Made by a program: the position numbers and the translations under genes | Assembly (NCBI RefSeq): GCF_009914755.1 | Contig: NC_060928.1 | Strand: one strand, 5' to 3' | Length of the DNA: 64,000 nt | Origin: the human T2T-CHM13v2.0 reference genome, Homo sapiens | The notes under the pieces: model-generated | Databases searched by the model: none | What the model saw: only the letters and a program-made list of their open reading frames with translations | What the model was told of the DNA's origin: nothing | In this document: positions 50,901 through 64,000 of the stretch, one piece after another | Position numbering within the stretch: the stretch's first letter is position 1 | Layout: every line of letters starts with the position of its first letter

Positions 50901-53900
50901 ACTTCTCAGTGATGTTTGCATTCAGCTCATGGAGTTGAACACTTCCTTTCATAGAGCCGGTTTGAAACACTCTTTCTGCACTACCTGGAAGAGGACATTT
51001 CGAGCGCTTTGAGTCCTATGGTGAAAAAGGAAATATCTTCTCATAAAAACCAGAAAGAAGCATTCTCAGAAACTTCTTTGTGTTGTGTGTACTCATGTAA
51101 CAGTGTTGAACCATCCTTTTGACAGAGCAGTTTTGAAACACTCTTTTTGTAGAATCTGCAAGTGGATATTTGGATAGCTTTGAGGATTTCGTTGGAAACG
51201 GGATGACATATAATATCTAGAGAGAAGCATTCTCAGGAACTTCTTTGTGATGTTTGCATTCAAGTCACAGAATTGAACATTCCCTTTCATAGAGCAGGTT
51301 TGAAACACTCTTTCTCTAGTATCTGGAAGTGGGCATTTCAAGCGCTTTCAGGCCTATGGAGAGAAAGGAAATACCTTCAAATAAAAACTAGACAGAAGCA
51401 TTCTCAGAAACTTATTTGTGATGTGTGTCCTCAACTAACAGAGTTGAACCTTTGTTTTGATACAGCATTTTGGAAACACTCCTTTTGTAGAATCTGCAGG
51501 TGGATATTTGGATAACTTTGAAGATTTCGTTGGAAACCGGAATATCTTCATATAAAATCAAGACAGAAGCATTCTCGGAAACATCTCTGTGATGTTTGCA
51601 TTCAACTCAGTAGAGTTGAACACTTCCTTTCATAGAGCCGGTTTGAAACACTCTTTCTGCACTACCTGGAAGCGGACATTTCGAGCGCTTTGAGGCCTAT
51701 GGTGAAAAAGGAAATATCTTCTCATAAAAACCAGAAAGAAGCATTCTCAGAAACTTCTTTGTGTTGTGTGTACTCAAGTAACAGTGTTGAACCTTCCTTT
51801 TGACACAGCAGTTTTGAAACACTCTTTTGGTAGAATCTGCAAGTGGATATTTGGATAGCTTTGAGGATTTCGTTGGAAACGGGTTATCTTCATATAAAAT
51901 CCAGACAGGAGCATTCTCAGAAACTTCTTTGTGCTGCATGTCCTCAATTCACAGAGCTGAACCTTTGTTTGGATACAGCATTTTGGAAACATTCCTTTAG
52001 TAGAATCTGCAAGTTGATATTTAGATAGCTTTGAAGATTTCGTTGGAAACGGGAATATCTTCATAGAAAATCTAGACGGAAGCATTCTCAGAAACTGCTT
52101 TGTGATGTTTGCATTCAAGTCACAGAGTTGAATATTCCCTTTTATAGAGTAGGTTTGAAACACTCTTTCGGCACTACCTGGAAGTGGATATTTCGAGCTC
52201 TTTGAGGCCTATGGTTAAAAGGAAATATCTTCCCATAAAAACTAGACAGAAGCCGTCTCAGAAACTTGTTTGTGATGTGTGTATTCAACTAACAGAGTTG
52301 AACATTTCTGTTACAGAGCAATTTTAAAACACTCTTTTTGTGGAATCTGAAAGTGGATAATTGGATAGCTTTGTGGATTTCGTTGGAAACGGGATGACGT
52401 ATAAAATCTAGAGAGAAGCATTCTCAGGAACTTCTTTCTGATGTTTGCATTCAAGTCACAGAATTGAACATTCCTTTTCATAGTGCAGGTTTGAAACACT
52501 CTTTCTGTAGTATCTGGAAGTGGACATTTCAAGCGCTTTCAGGCCTACGGGGAGAAAGGAAATATCTTCAAATAAAAACTAGACAGAAGGATTCTCAGAA
52601 ACTTATTTGTGATGTGTGTCCTAAACGAACACAGTTGAACCTTTGTTTAGATACAGCATTTTGGAAACACTCCTTTTGTAGGATCTGCAGGTGGATATTT
52701 GGATAGATTTTAAGATTTCGTTGGAAACGGGAGTTTCTTCATAGAAACTCAAGACAGATGCATTCTCAGAAACATCTCTGTGATGTTTGCATTCCACTCA
52801 TAGAGTTGAAAACTTCCTTTCATAGAGCAGGTTTGAAACACTCTTTTTGTAATATTTGGAAGTGGACATTTGCAGCGCTTTGAGGCCTATGGTGAAAAAG
52901 GAAATATCTTCTCATAAAAACCAGAAACAAGCATTCTCAGAAACTTCTTTTTGATGTGTGTACTCAAGTAACAGAGTTGAACCTTCCTTTTGACACAGCA
53001 GTTTTGAAACAATCTTTTTGTAGAATCTGCAAGTGGATATTTGGATAGCTTTGAGGATTTCGTTGGAAACGGGATATCTTCATATAAAATCTAGACAGAA
53101 GCTTTCTCAGAAACTTCTTTGTGCTGTATGTCCTCAATTAACAGATTTGAACCATTGCTTGGATACAGCATTTTGGAAACATTCCTTGAGTAGAATCTGC
53201 AAGTTGATATTTAGGTAGATTTGAAGATTTCGTTGGAAAAGGGAATATCTCCATAGAAAATCTAGAGGGAAGCATTCTCAGAAACTGCTTTGTGATGTTT
53301 CCATTCAAGTCACAGAGTTGAATATTCCCTTTTATAGAGCACGTTTGAAACACTCTTTCTGCACTATCTGGAAGTGGACATTTCGAGCGCTTTGAGGCCT
53401 ATGGTGAAAAAGGAAATATCTTCCCATAAAAACTAGACAGAAGCATTCTCAGAAACTTGTTTGTGATGTGTGTATTCAACTAACAGAGTTGAACTTTTGT
53501 TTTTACAGAGCCGTTTTAAAACACTCTTTTTGTGGAATCAGAAAGTGGATATTCGGATGGCTCTGAGGATTTCGTTGGAAGCGGGATTACATATAAAATC
53601 TAGAGAGAAGCATTCTCAGGAACTTCTTTGTGATGTTTGCATTGAAGTCACAGAATTGAACATTCACTTTGATAGAGCAGGTTTGAAACACTCATTCTGT
53701 AGTATCTGGAAGTGGACATTTCAAGCGCTTTCAGGCCTATGGTGAGAAAGGAAATATCTTCGAATAAAAACTAGACAGAAGCATCCTCAGAAACTTATTT
53801 GTGATGTGTGTCCTCAACTAACAGAGTTGAAACTTTGTTTTGATACAGCATTTTGGAAACACTCTTTTTGTAGAATCTGCAGGTGGATATTTGGATAGCT

Positions 53901-56900
53901 TAGAGGGATTCGTTGGAAAGGGGATATCTTCATATAAAATCTAGACAGAAGCATTCTCAGAAACTTATTTGTGATGTGTGTCCTCAACTAACAGAGTTGA
54001 ACCTTGGTTTTGATACAGCATTTTGGAAACACTCCTTTTGTAGAATCTGCAGGTGGATATGTGGATAGCTCTGAAGATTTCGTTGGAAACGGGAATTTCT
54101 TCATATAAAATCAAACAGAAGCATTCTCAGAAACTTCTCAGTGATGTTTGCATTCAGCTCATGGAGTTGAACACTTCCTTTCATAGAGCCGGTTTGAAAC
54201 ACTCTTTCTGCACTACCTGGAAGAGGACATTTCGAGCGCTTTGAGTCCTATGGTGAAAAAGGAAATATCTTCTCATAAAAACCAGAAAGAAGCATTCTCA
54301 GAAACTTCTTTGTGTTGTGTGTACTCATGTAACAGTGTTGAACCATCCTTTTGACAGAGCAGTTTTGAAACACTCTTTTTGTAGAATCTGCAAGTGGATA
54401 TTTGGATAGCTTTGAGGATTTCGTTGGAAACGGGATGACATATAATATCTAGAGAGAAGCATACTCAGGAACTTCTTTGTGATGTTTGCATTCAAGTCAC
54501 AGAATTGAACATTCCCTTTCATAGAGCAGGTTTGAAACACTCTTTCTCTAGTATCTGGAAGTGGGCATTTCAAGCGCTTTCAGGCCTATGGAGAGAAAGG
54601 AAATACCTTCAAATAAAAACTAGACAGAAGCATTCTCAGAAACTTATTTGTGATGTGTGTCCTCAACTAACAGAGTTGAACCTTTGTTTTGATACAGCAT
54701 TTTGGAAACACTCCTTTTGTAGAATCTGCAGGTGGATATTTGGATAACTTTGAAGATTTCGTTGGAAACCGGAATATCTTCATATAAAATCAAGACAGAA
54801 GCATTCTCGGAAACATCTCTGTGATGTTTGCATTCAACTCAGTAGAGTTGAACACTTCCTTTCATAGAGCAGGTTTGAAACACTCTTTCTGCACTACCTG
54901 GAAGCGGACATTTCGAGCGCTTTGAGGCCTATGGTGAAAAAGGAAATATCTTCTCATAAAAACCAGAAAGAAGCATTCTCAGAAACTTCTTTGTGTTGTG
55001 TGTACTCAAGTAACAGTGTTGAACCTTCCTTTTGACACAGCTGTTTTGAAACACTCTTTTGGTAGAATCTGCAAGTGGATATTTGGATAGGTTTGAGGAT
55101 TTCGTTGGAAACGGGTTATCTTCATATAAAATCCAGACAGGAGCATTCTCAGAAACTTCTTTGTGCTGCATGTCCTCAATTCACAGAGCTGAACCTTTGT
55201 TTGGATACAGCATTTTGGAAACATTCCTTTAGTAGAATCTGCAAGTTGATATTTAGATAGCTTTGAAGATTTCGTTGGAAACGGGAATATCTTCATAGAA
55301 AATCTAGACGGAAGCATTCTCAGAAACTGCTTTGTGATGTTTGCATTCAAGTCACAGAGTTGAATATTCCCTTTTATAGAGTAGGTTTGAAACACTCTTT
55401 CGGCACTGCCTGGAAGTGGATATTTCGAGCTCTTTGAGGCCTATGGTTAAAAGGAAATATCTTCCCATAAAAACTAGACAGAAGCCGTCTCAGAAACTTG
55501 TTTGTGATGTGTGTATTCAACTACCAGAGTTGAACATTTCTGTTACAGAGCAATTTTAAAACACTCTTTTTGTGGAATCTGAAAGTGGATAATTGGATAG
55601 CTTTGTGGATTTCGTTGGAAACGGGATGACGTATAAAATCTAGAGAGAAGCATTCTCAGGAACTTCTTTCTGATGTTTGCATTCAAGTCACAGAATTGAA
55701 CATTCCTTTTCATAGTGCAGGTTTGAAACACTCTTTCTGTAGTATCTGGAAGTGGACATTTCAAGCGCTTTCAGGCCTACGGGGAGAAAGGAAATATCTT
55801 CAAATGAAAACTAGACAGAAGGATTCTCAGAAACTTATTTGTGATGTGTGTCCTAAACGAACACAGTTGAACCTTTGTTTTGATACAGCATTTTGGAAAC
55901 ACTCCTTTTGTAGGATCTGCAGGTGGATATTTGGATAGATTTTAAGATTTCGTTGGAAACGGGAGTTTCTTCATAGAAACTCAAGACAGATGCATTCTCA
56001 GAAACATCTCTGTGATGTTTGCATTCCACTCATAGAGTTGAAAACTTCCTTTCATAGAGCAGGTTTGAAACACTCTTTTTGTAATATTTGGAAGTGGACA
56101 TTTGCAGCGCTTTGAGGCCTATGGTGAAAAAGGAAATATCTTCTCATAAAAACCAGAAACAAGCATTCTCAGAAACTTCTTTTTGATGTGTGTACTCAAG
56201 TAACAGAGTTGAACCTTCCTTTTGACACAGCAGTTTTGAAACAATCTTTTTGTAGAATCTGCAAGTGGATATTTGGATAGCTTTGAGGATTTCGTTGGAA
56301 ACGGGATATCTTCATATAAAATCTAGACAGAAGCATTCTCAGAAACTTCTTTGTGCTGTATGTCCTCAATTAACAGAGTTGAACCATTGCTTGGATACAG
56401 CATTTTGGAAACATTCCTTGAGTAGAATCTGCAAGTTGATATTTAGATAGATTTGAAGATTTCGTTGGAAAAGGGAATATCTCCATATAAAATCTAGAGG
56501 GAAGCATTCTCAGAAACTGCTTTGTGATGTTTCCATTCAAGTCACAGAGTTGAATATTCCCTTTTATAGAGCACGTTTGAAACACTCTTTCTGCACTATC
56601 TGGAAGTGGACATTTCGAGCGCTTTGAGGCCTATGGTGAAAAAGGAAATATCTTCCCATAAAAACTAGACAGAAGCATTCTCAGAAACTTGTTTGTGATG
56701 TGTGTATTCAACTAACAGAGTTGAACTTTTGTTTTTACAGAGCCGTTTTAAAACACTCTTTTTGTGGAATCAGAAAGTGGATATTCGGGTGGCTCTGAGG
56801 ATTTCGTTGGAAGCGGGATTACATATAAAATCTAGAGAGAAGCATTCTCAGGAACTTCTTTGTGATGTTTGCATTGAAGTCACAGAATTGAACATTCACT

Positions 56901-59900
56901 TTGATAGAGCAGGTTTGAAACACTCATTCTGTAGTATCTGGAAGTGGACATTTCAAGCGCTTTCAGGCCTATGGTGAGAAAGGAAATATCTTCGAATAAA
57001 AACTAGACAGAAGCATCCTCAGAAACTTATTTGTGATGTGTGTCCTCAACTAACAGAGTTGAAACTTTGTTTTGATACAGCATTTTGGAAACACTCTTTT
57101 TGTAGAATCTGCAGGTGGATATTTGGATAGCTTAGAGGGATTCGTTGGAAAGGGGATATCTTCATATAAAATCTAGACAGAAGCATTCTCAGAAACTTAT
57201 TTGTGATGTGTGTCCTCAACTAACAGAGTTGAACCTTGGTTTTGATACAGCATTTTGGAAACACTCCTTTTGTAGAATCTGCAGGTGGATATGTGGATAG
57301 CTCTGAAGATTTTGTTGGAAACGGGAATTTCTTCATATAAAATCAAACAGAAGCATTCTCAGAAACTTCTCAGTGATGTTTGCATTCAGCTCATGGAGTT
57401 GAACACTTCCTTTCATAGAGCCGGTTTGAAACACTCTTTCTGCAGTACCTGGAAGAGGACATTTCGAGCGCTTTGAGTCCTATGGTGAAAAAGGAAATAT
57501 CTTCTCATAAAAACCAGAAAGAAGCATTCTCAGAAACTTCTTTGTGTTGTGTGTACTCATGTAACAGTGTTGAACCATCCTTTTGACAGAGCAGTTTTGA
57601 AACACTCTTTTTGTAGAATCTGCAAGTGGATATTTGGATAGCTTTGAGGATTTCGTTGGAAACGGGATGACATATAATATCTAGAGAGAAGCATTCTCAG
57701 GAACTTCTTTGTGATGTTTGCATTCAAGTCACAGAATTGAACATTCCCTTTCATAGAGCAGGTTTGAAACACTCTTTCTCTAGTATCTGGAAGTGGGCAT
57801 TTCAAGCGCTTTCAGGCCTATGGAGAGAAAGGAAATACCTTCTAATAAAAACTAGACAGAAGCATTCTCAGAAACTTATTTGTGATGTGTGTCCTCAACT
57901 AACAGAGTTGAACCTTTGTTTTGATACAGCATTTTGGAAACACTCCTTTTGTAGAATCTGCAGGTGGATATTTGGATAACTTTGAAGATTTCGTTGGAAA
58001 CCGGAATATCTTCATATAAAATCAAGACAGAAGCATTCTCGGAAACATCTCTGTGATGTTTGCATTCAACTCAGTAGAGTTGAACACTTCCTTTCATAGA
58101 GCAGGTTTGAAACACTCTTTCTGCACTACCTGGAAGCGGACATTTCGAGCGCTTTGAGGCCTATGGTGAAAAAGGAAATATCTTCTCATAAAAACCAGAA
58201 AGAAGCATTCTCAGAAACTTCTTTGTGTTGTGTGTACTCAAGTAACAGTGTTGAACCTTCCTTTTGACACAGCTGTTTTGAAACACTCTTTTGGTAGAAT
58301 CTGCAAGTGGATATTTGGATAGGTTTGAGGATTTCGTTGGAAACGGGTTATCTTCATATAAAATCCAGACAGGAGCATTCTCAGAAACTTCTTTGTGCTG
58401 CATGTCCTCAATTCACAGAGCTGAACCTTTGTTTGGATACAGCATTTTGGAAACATTCCTTTAGTAGAATCTGCAAGTTGATATTTAGATAGCTTTGAAG
58501 ATTTCGTTGGAAACGGGAATATCTTCATAGAAAATCTAGACGGAAGCATTCTCAGAAACTGCTTTGTGATGTTTGCATTCAAGTCACAGAGTTGAATATT
58601 CCCTTTTATAGAGTAGGTTTGAAACACTCTTTCGGCACTACCTGGAAGTGGATATTTCGAGCTCTTTGAGGCCTATGGTTAAAAGGAAATATCTTCCCAT
58701 AAAAACTAGACAGAAGCCGTCTCAGAAACTTGTTTGTGATGTGTGTATTCAACTACCAGAGTTGAACATTTCTGTTACAGAGCAATTTTAAAACACTCTT
58801 TTTGTGGAATCTGAAAGTGGATAATTGGATAGCTTTGTGGATTTCGTTGGAAACGGGATGACGTATAAAATCTAGAGAGAAGCATTCTCAGGAACTTCTT
58901 TCTGATGTTTGCATTCAAGTCACAGAATTGAACATTCCTTTTCATAGTGCAGGTTTGAAACACTCTTTCTGTAGTATCTGGAAGTGGACATTTCAAGCGC
59001 TTTCAGGCCTACGGGGAGAAAGGAAATATCTTCAAATAAAAACTAGACAGAAGGATTCTCAGAAACTTATTTGTGATGTGTGTCCTAAACGAACACAGTT
59101 GAACCTTTGTTTAGATACAGCATTTTGGAAACACTCCTTTTGTAGGATCTGCAGGTGGATATTTGGATAGATTTTAAGATTTCGTTGGAAACGGGAGTTT
59201 CTTCATAGAAACTCAAGACAGATGCATTCTCAGAAACATCTCTGTGATGTTTGCATTCCACTCATAGAGTTGAAAACTTCCTTTCATAGAGCAGGTTTGA
59301 AACACTCTTTTTGTAATATTTGGAAGTGGACATTTGCAGCGCTTTGAGGCCTATGGTGAAAAAGAAAATATCTTCTCATAAAAACCAGAAACAAGCATTC
59401 TCAGAAACTTCTTTTTGATGTGTGTACTCAAGTAACAGAGTTGAACCTTCCTTTTGACACAGCAGTTTTGAAACAATCTTTTTGTAGAATCTGCAAGTGG
59501 ATATTTGGATAGCTTTGAGGATTTCGTTGGAAACGGGATATCTTCATATAAAATCTAGACAGAAGCATTCTCAGAAACTTCTTTGTGCTGTATGTCCTCA
59601 ATTAACAGAGTTGAACCATTGCTTGGATACAGCATTTTGGAAACATTCCTTGAGTAGAATCTGCAAGTTGATATTTAGATAGATTTGAAGATTTCGTTGG
59701 AAAAGGGAATATCTCCATATAAAATCTAGAGGGAAGCATTCTCAGAAACTGCTTTGTGATGTTTCCATTCAAGTCACAGAGTTGAATATTCCCTTTTATA
59801 GAGCACGTTTGAAACACTCTTTCTGCACTATCTGGAAGTGGACATTTCGAGCGCTTTGAGGCCTATGGTGAAAAAGGAAATATCTTCCCATAAAAACTAG

Positions 59901-62285
59901 ACAGAAGCATTCTCAGAAACTTGTTTGTGATGTGTGTATTCAACTAACAGAGTTGAACTTTTGTTTTTACAGAGCCGTTTTAAAACACTCTTTTTGTGGA
60001 ATCAGAAAGTGGATATTCGGATGGCTCTGAGGATTTCGTTGGAAGCGGGATTACATATAAAATCTAGAGAGAAGCATTCTCAGGAACTTCTTTGTGATGT
60101 TTGCATTGAAGTCACAGAATTGAACATTCACTTTGATAGAGCAGGTTTGAAACACTCATTCTGTAGTATCTGGAAGTGGACATTTCAAGCGCTTTCAGGC
60201 CTATGGTGAGAAAGGAAATATCTTCGAATAAAAACTAGACAGAAGCATCCTCAGAAACTTATTTGTGATGTGTGTCCTCAACTAACAGAGTTGAAACTTT
60301 GTTTTGATACAGCATTTTGGAAACACTCTTTTTGTAGAATCTGCAGGTGGATATTTGGATAGCTTAGAGGGATTCGTTGGAAAGGGGATATCTTCATATA
60401 AAATCTAGACAGAAGCATTCTCAGAAACTTATTTGTGATGTGTGTCCTCAACTAACAGAGTTGAACCTTGGTTTTGATACAGCATTTTGGAAACACTCCT
60501 TTTGTAGAATCTGCAGGTGGATATGTGGATAGCTCTGAAGATTTTGTTGGAAACGGGAATTTCTTCATATAAAATCAAACAGAAGCATTCTCAGAAACTT
60601 CTCAGTGATGTTTGCATTCAGCTCATGGAGTTGAACACTTCCTTTCATAGAGCCGGTTTGAAACACTCTTTCTGCAGTACCTGGAAGAGGACATTTCGAG
60701 CGCTTTGAGTCCTATGGTGAAAAAGGAAATATCTTCTCATAAAAACCAGAAAGAAGCATTCTCAGAAACTTCTTTGTGTTGTGTGTACTCATGTAACAGT
60801 GTTGAACCATCCTTTTGACAGAGCAGTTTTGAAACACTCTTTTTGTAGAATCTGCAAGTGGATATTTGGATAGCTTTGAGGATTTCGTTGGAAACGGGAT
60901 GACATATAATATCTAGAGAGAAGCATTCTCAGGAACTTCTTTGTGATGTTTGCATTCAAGTCACAGAATTGAACATTCCCTTTCATAGAGCAGGTTTGAA
61001 ACACTCTTTCTCTAGTATCTGGAAGTGGGCATTTCAAGCGCTTTCAGGCCTATGGAGAGAAAGGAAATACCTTCTAATAAAAACTAGACAGAAGCATTCT
61101 CAGAAACTTATTTGTGATGTGTGTCCTCAACTAACAGAGTTGAACCTTTGTTTTGATACAGCATTTTGGAAACACTCCTTTTGTAGAATCTGCAGGTGGA
61201 TATTTGGATAACTTTGAAGATTTCGTTGGAAACCGGAATATCTTCATATAAAATCAAGACAGAAGCATTCTCGGAAACATCTCTGTGATGTTTGCATTCA
61301 ACTCAGTAGAGTTGAACACTTCCTTTCATAGAGCAGGTTTGAAACACTCTTTCTGCACTACCTGGAAGCGGACATTTCGAGCGCTTTGAGGCCTATGGTG
61401 AAAAAGGAAATATCTTCTCATAAAAACCAGAAAGAAGCATTCTCAGAAACTTCTTTGTGTTGTGTGTACTCAAGTAACAGTGTTGAACCTTCCTTTTGAC
61501 ACAGCTGTTTTGAAACACTCTTTTGGTAGAATCTGCAAGTGGATATTTGGATAGGTTTGAGGATTTCGTTGGAAACGGGTTATCTTCATATAAAATCCAG
61601 ACAGGAGCATTCTCAGAAACTTCTTTGTGCTGCATGTCCTCAATTCACAGAGCTGAACCTTTGTTTGGATACAGCATTTTGGAAACATTCCTTTAGTAGA
61701 ATCTGCAAGTTGATATTTAGATAGCTTTGAAGATTTCGTTGGAAACGGGAATATCTTCATAGAAAATCTAGACGGAAGCATTCTCAGAAACTGCTTTGTG
61801 ATGTTTGCATTCAAGTCACAGAGTTGAATATTCCCTTTTATAGAGTAGGTTTGAAACACTCTTTCGGCACTACCTGGAAGTGGATATTTCGAGCTCTTTG
61901 AGGCCTATGGTTAAAAGGAAATATCTTCCCATAAAAACTAGACAGAAGCCGTCTCAGAAACTTGTTTGTGATGTGTGTATTCAACTACCAGAGTTGAACA
62001 TTTCTGTTACAGAGCAATTTTAAAACACTCTTTTTGTGGAATCTGAAAGTGGATAATTGGATAGCTTTGTGGATTTCGTTGGAAACGGGATGACGTATAA
62101 AATCTAGAGAGAAGCATTCTCAGGAACTTCTTTCTGATGTTTGCATTCAAGTCACAGAATTGAACATTCCTTTTCATAGTGCAGGTTTGAAACACTCTTT
62201 CTGTAGTATCTGGAAGTGGACATTTCAAGCGCTTTCAGGCCTACGGGGAGAAAGGAAATATCTTCAAATAAAAACTAGACAGAAG
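29966..62285 (+). repeat. HOR units 9-18, ten consecutive canonical 19-mers of exactly 3232 bp
   Basis: Units start at 29966, 33198, 36430, 39662, 42894, 46126, 49358, 52590, 55822 and 59054. All ORF anchors are spaced 3232 bp. Confidence 0.95.
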
Positions 62286-64000
62286 GATTCTCAGAAACTT
62301 ATTTGTGATGTGTGTCCTAAACGAACACAGTTGAACCTTTGTTTTGATACAGCATTTTGGAAACACTCCTTTTGTAGGATCTGCAGGTGGATATTTGGAT
62401 AGATTTTAAGATTTCGTTGGAAACGGGAGTTTCTTCATAGAAACTCAAGACAGATGCATTCTCAGAAACATCTCTGTGATGTTTGCATTCCACTCATAGA
62501 GTTGAAAACTTCCTTTCATAGAGCAGGTTTGAAACACTCTTTTTGTAATATTTGGAAGTGGACATTTGCAGCGCTTTGAGGCCTATGGTGAAAAAGGAAA
62601 TATCTTCTCATAAAAACCAGAAACAAGCATTCTCAGAAACTTCTTTTTGATGTGTGTACTCAAGTAACAGAGTTGAACCTTCCTTTTGACACAGCAGTTT
62701 TGAAACAATCTTTTTGTAGAATCTGCAAGTGGATATTTGGATAGCTTTGAGGATTTCGTTGGAAACGGGATATCTTCATATAAAATCTAGACAGAAGCAT
62801 TCTCAGAAACTTCTTTGTGCTGTATGTCCTCAATTAACAGAGTTGAACCATTGCTTGGATACAGCATTTTGGAAACATTCCTTGAGTAGAATCTGCAAGT
62901 TGATATTTAGATAGATTTGAAGATTTCGTTGGAAAAGGGAATATCTCCATATAAAATCTAGAGGGAAGCATTCTCAGAAACTGCTTTGTGATGTTTCCAT
63001 TCAAGTCACAGAGTTGAATATTCCCTTTTATAGAGCACGTTTGAAACACTCTTTCTGCACTATCTGGAAGTGGACATTTCGAGCGCTTTGAGGCCTATGG
63101 TGAAAAAGGAAATATCTTCCCATAAAAACTAGACAGAAGCATTCTCAGAAACTTGTTTGTGATGTGTGTATTCAACTAACAGAGTTGAACTTTTGTTTTT
63201 ACAGAGCCGTTTTAAAACACTCTTTTTGTGGAATCAGAAAGTGGATATTCGGATGGCTCTGAGGATTTCGTTGGAAGCGGGATTACATATAAAATCTAGA
63301 GAGAAGCATTCTCAGGAACTTCTTTGTGATGTTTGCATTGAAGTCACAGAATTGAACATTCACTTTGATAGAGCAGGTTTGAAACACTCATTCTGTAGTA
63401 TCTGGAAGTGGACATTTCAAGCGCTTTCAGGCCTATGGTGAGAAAGGAAATATCTTCGAATAAAAACTAGACAGAAGCATCCTCAGAAACTTATTTGTGA
63501 TGTGTGTCCTCAACTAACAGAGTTGAAACTTTGTTTTGATACAGCATTTTGGAAACACTCTTTTTGTAGAATCTGCAGGTGGATATTTGGATAGCTTAGA
63601 GGGATTCGTTGGAAAGGGGATATCTTCATATAAAATCTAGACAGAAGCATTCTCAGAAACTTATTTGTGATGTGTGTCCTCAACTAACAGAGTTGAACCT
63701 TGGTTTTGATACAGCATTTTGGAAACACTCCTTTTGTAGAATCTGCAGGTGGATATGTGGATAGCTCTGAAGATTTCGTTGGAAACGGGAATTTCTTCAT
63801 ATAAAATCAAACAGAAGCATTCTCAGAAACTTCTCAGTGATGTTTGCATTCAGCTCATGGAGTTGAACACTTCCTTTCATAGAGCCGGTTTGAAACACTC
63901 TTTCTGCACTACCTGGAAGAGGACATTTCGAGCGCTTTGAGTCCTATGGTGAAAAAGGAAATATCTTCTCATAAAAACCAGAAAGAAGCATTCTCAGAAA
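62286..64000 (+). repeat. HOR unit 19, partial (m1-m10 and start of m11), truncated by the window end
   Basis: Same monomer order as unit 1; m11 starts at 63989. Confidence 0.94.

Larger units (their letters stand above)
1..64000 (+). repeat. D4Z1: Alpha-satellite higher-order repeat array, 19-mer (3232 bp) canonical unit; probably the human chr4 active centromeric array
   Basis: Monomers of about 171 bp begin CATTCTCAGAAACT and contain either a CENP-B box (TTTCGTTGGAAACGGGA) or the A-type motif (CTATGGTGAAAAAGGAAATA). Near-identical ORF translations recur every 3232 bp. The alpha-satellite call is certain. The chr4/D4Z1 assignment rests on recalled knowledge that D4Z1 is a 3.2-kb 19-mer of suprachromosomal family 2 (about 0.8 confidence). 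Confidence 0.97.

Noticed and set aside
486-63940. Numerous 61-129 aa ORFs on both strands
   Set aside because: They are chance open frames in alpha satellite that recur with the HOR period. Many start at GTG/TTG, overlap each other, and show no recognisable domain. I used them only as positional and SNV markers.
1-64000. CRISPR-like appearance (conserved motifs every ~171 bp)
   Set aside because: The sequences between motifs are homologous repeats rather than unique spacers, and there are no cas genes.
1-64000. Transposon insertion (L1/Alu), inversion or foreign sequence
   Set aside because: Every interval between anchors is explained by whole monomers (3232, 4249, 4419, 3062, 3231 bp). 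All CENP-B boxes I read are on the same strand, and I saw no poly-A tail or target-site duplication.
1-64000. Claim that this window is the kinetochore site or hypomethylated dip region
   Set aside because: High homogeneity and box density fit an active array, but the kinetochore position is epigenetic and needs CENP-A or methylation data.
1-64000. A previously undescribed gene-encoded biological system
   Set aside because: Nothing in the window supports one; all observed structure is explained by satellite duplication, deletion and conversion.

Overview
The whole 64 kb window is uninterrupted, single-orientation primate alpha-satellite DNA: about 376 complete monomers of 166-172 bp with dense CENP-B boxes. 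It contains no genes, transposons or unique sequence. The canonical higher-order repeat (HOR) is a 3232-bp 19-mer, which fits the human chromosome 4 active centromeric array D4Z1 (identified from recalled unit size and family, not from a search). Monomers are numbered here m1-m19 from position 43; this numbering is mine and may not match the published one. HOR units start at 43, 3275, 7524, 11773, 16022, 20441, 23673, 26735, 29966 and then every 3232 bp to 62286 (partial). The left part holds a cluster of related structural variants: three 25-mers (4249 bp), one 26-mer (4419 bp) and one 18-mer (3062 bp). It also holds a length-neutral out-of-register conversion tract. The right part is pure 19-mer with a hidden 6464-bp two-unit periodicity and local CENP-B box knock-outs. 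The 19-mer itself decomposes into three copies of an older 7-mer. All predicted ORFs are repeat artefacts. I find no new protein- or RNA-coding system; what is of interest is the readable record of centromeric repeat evolution.
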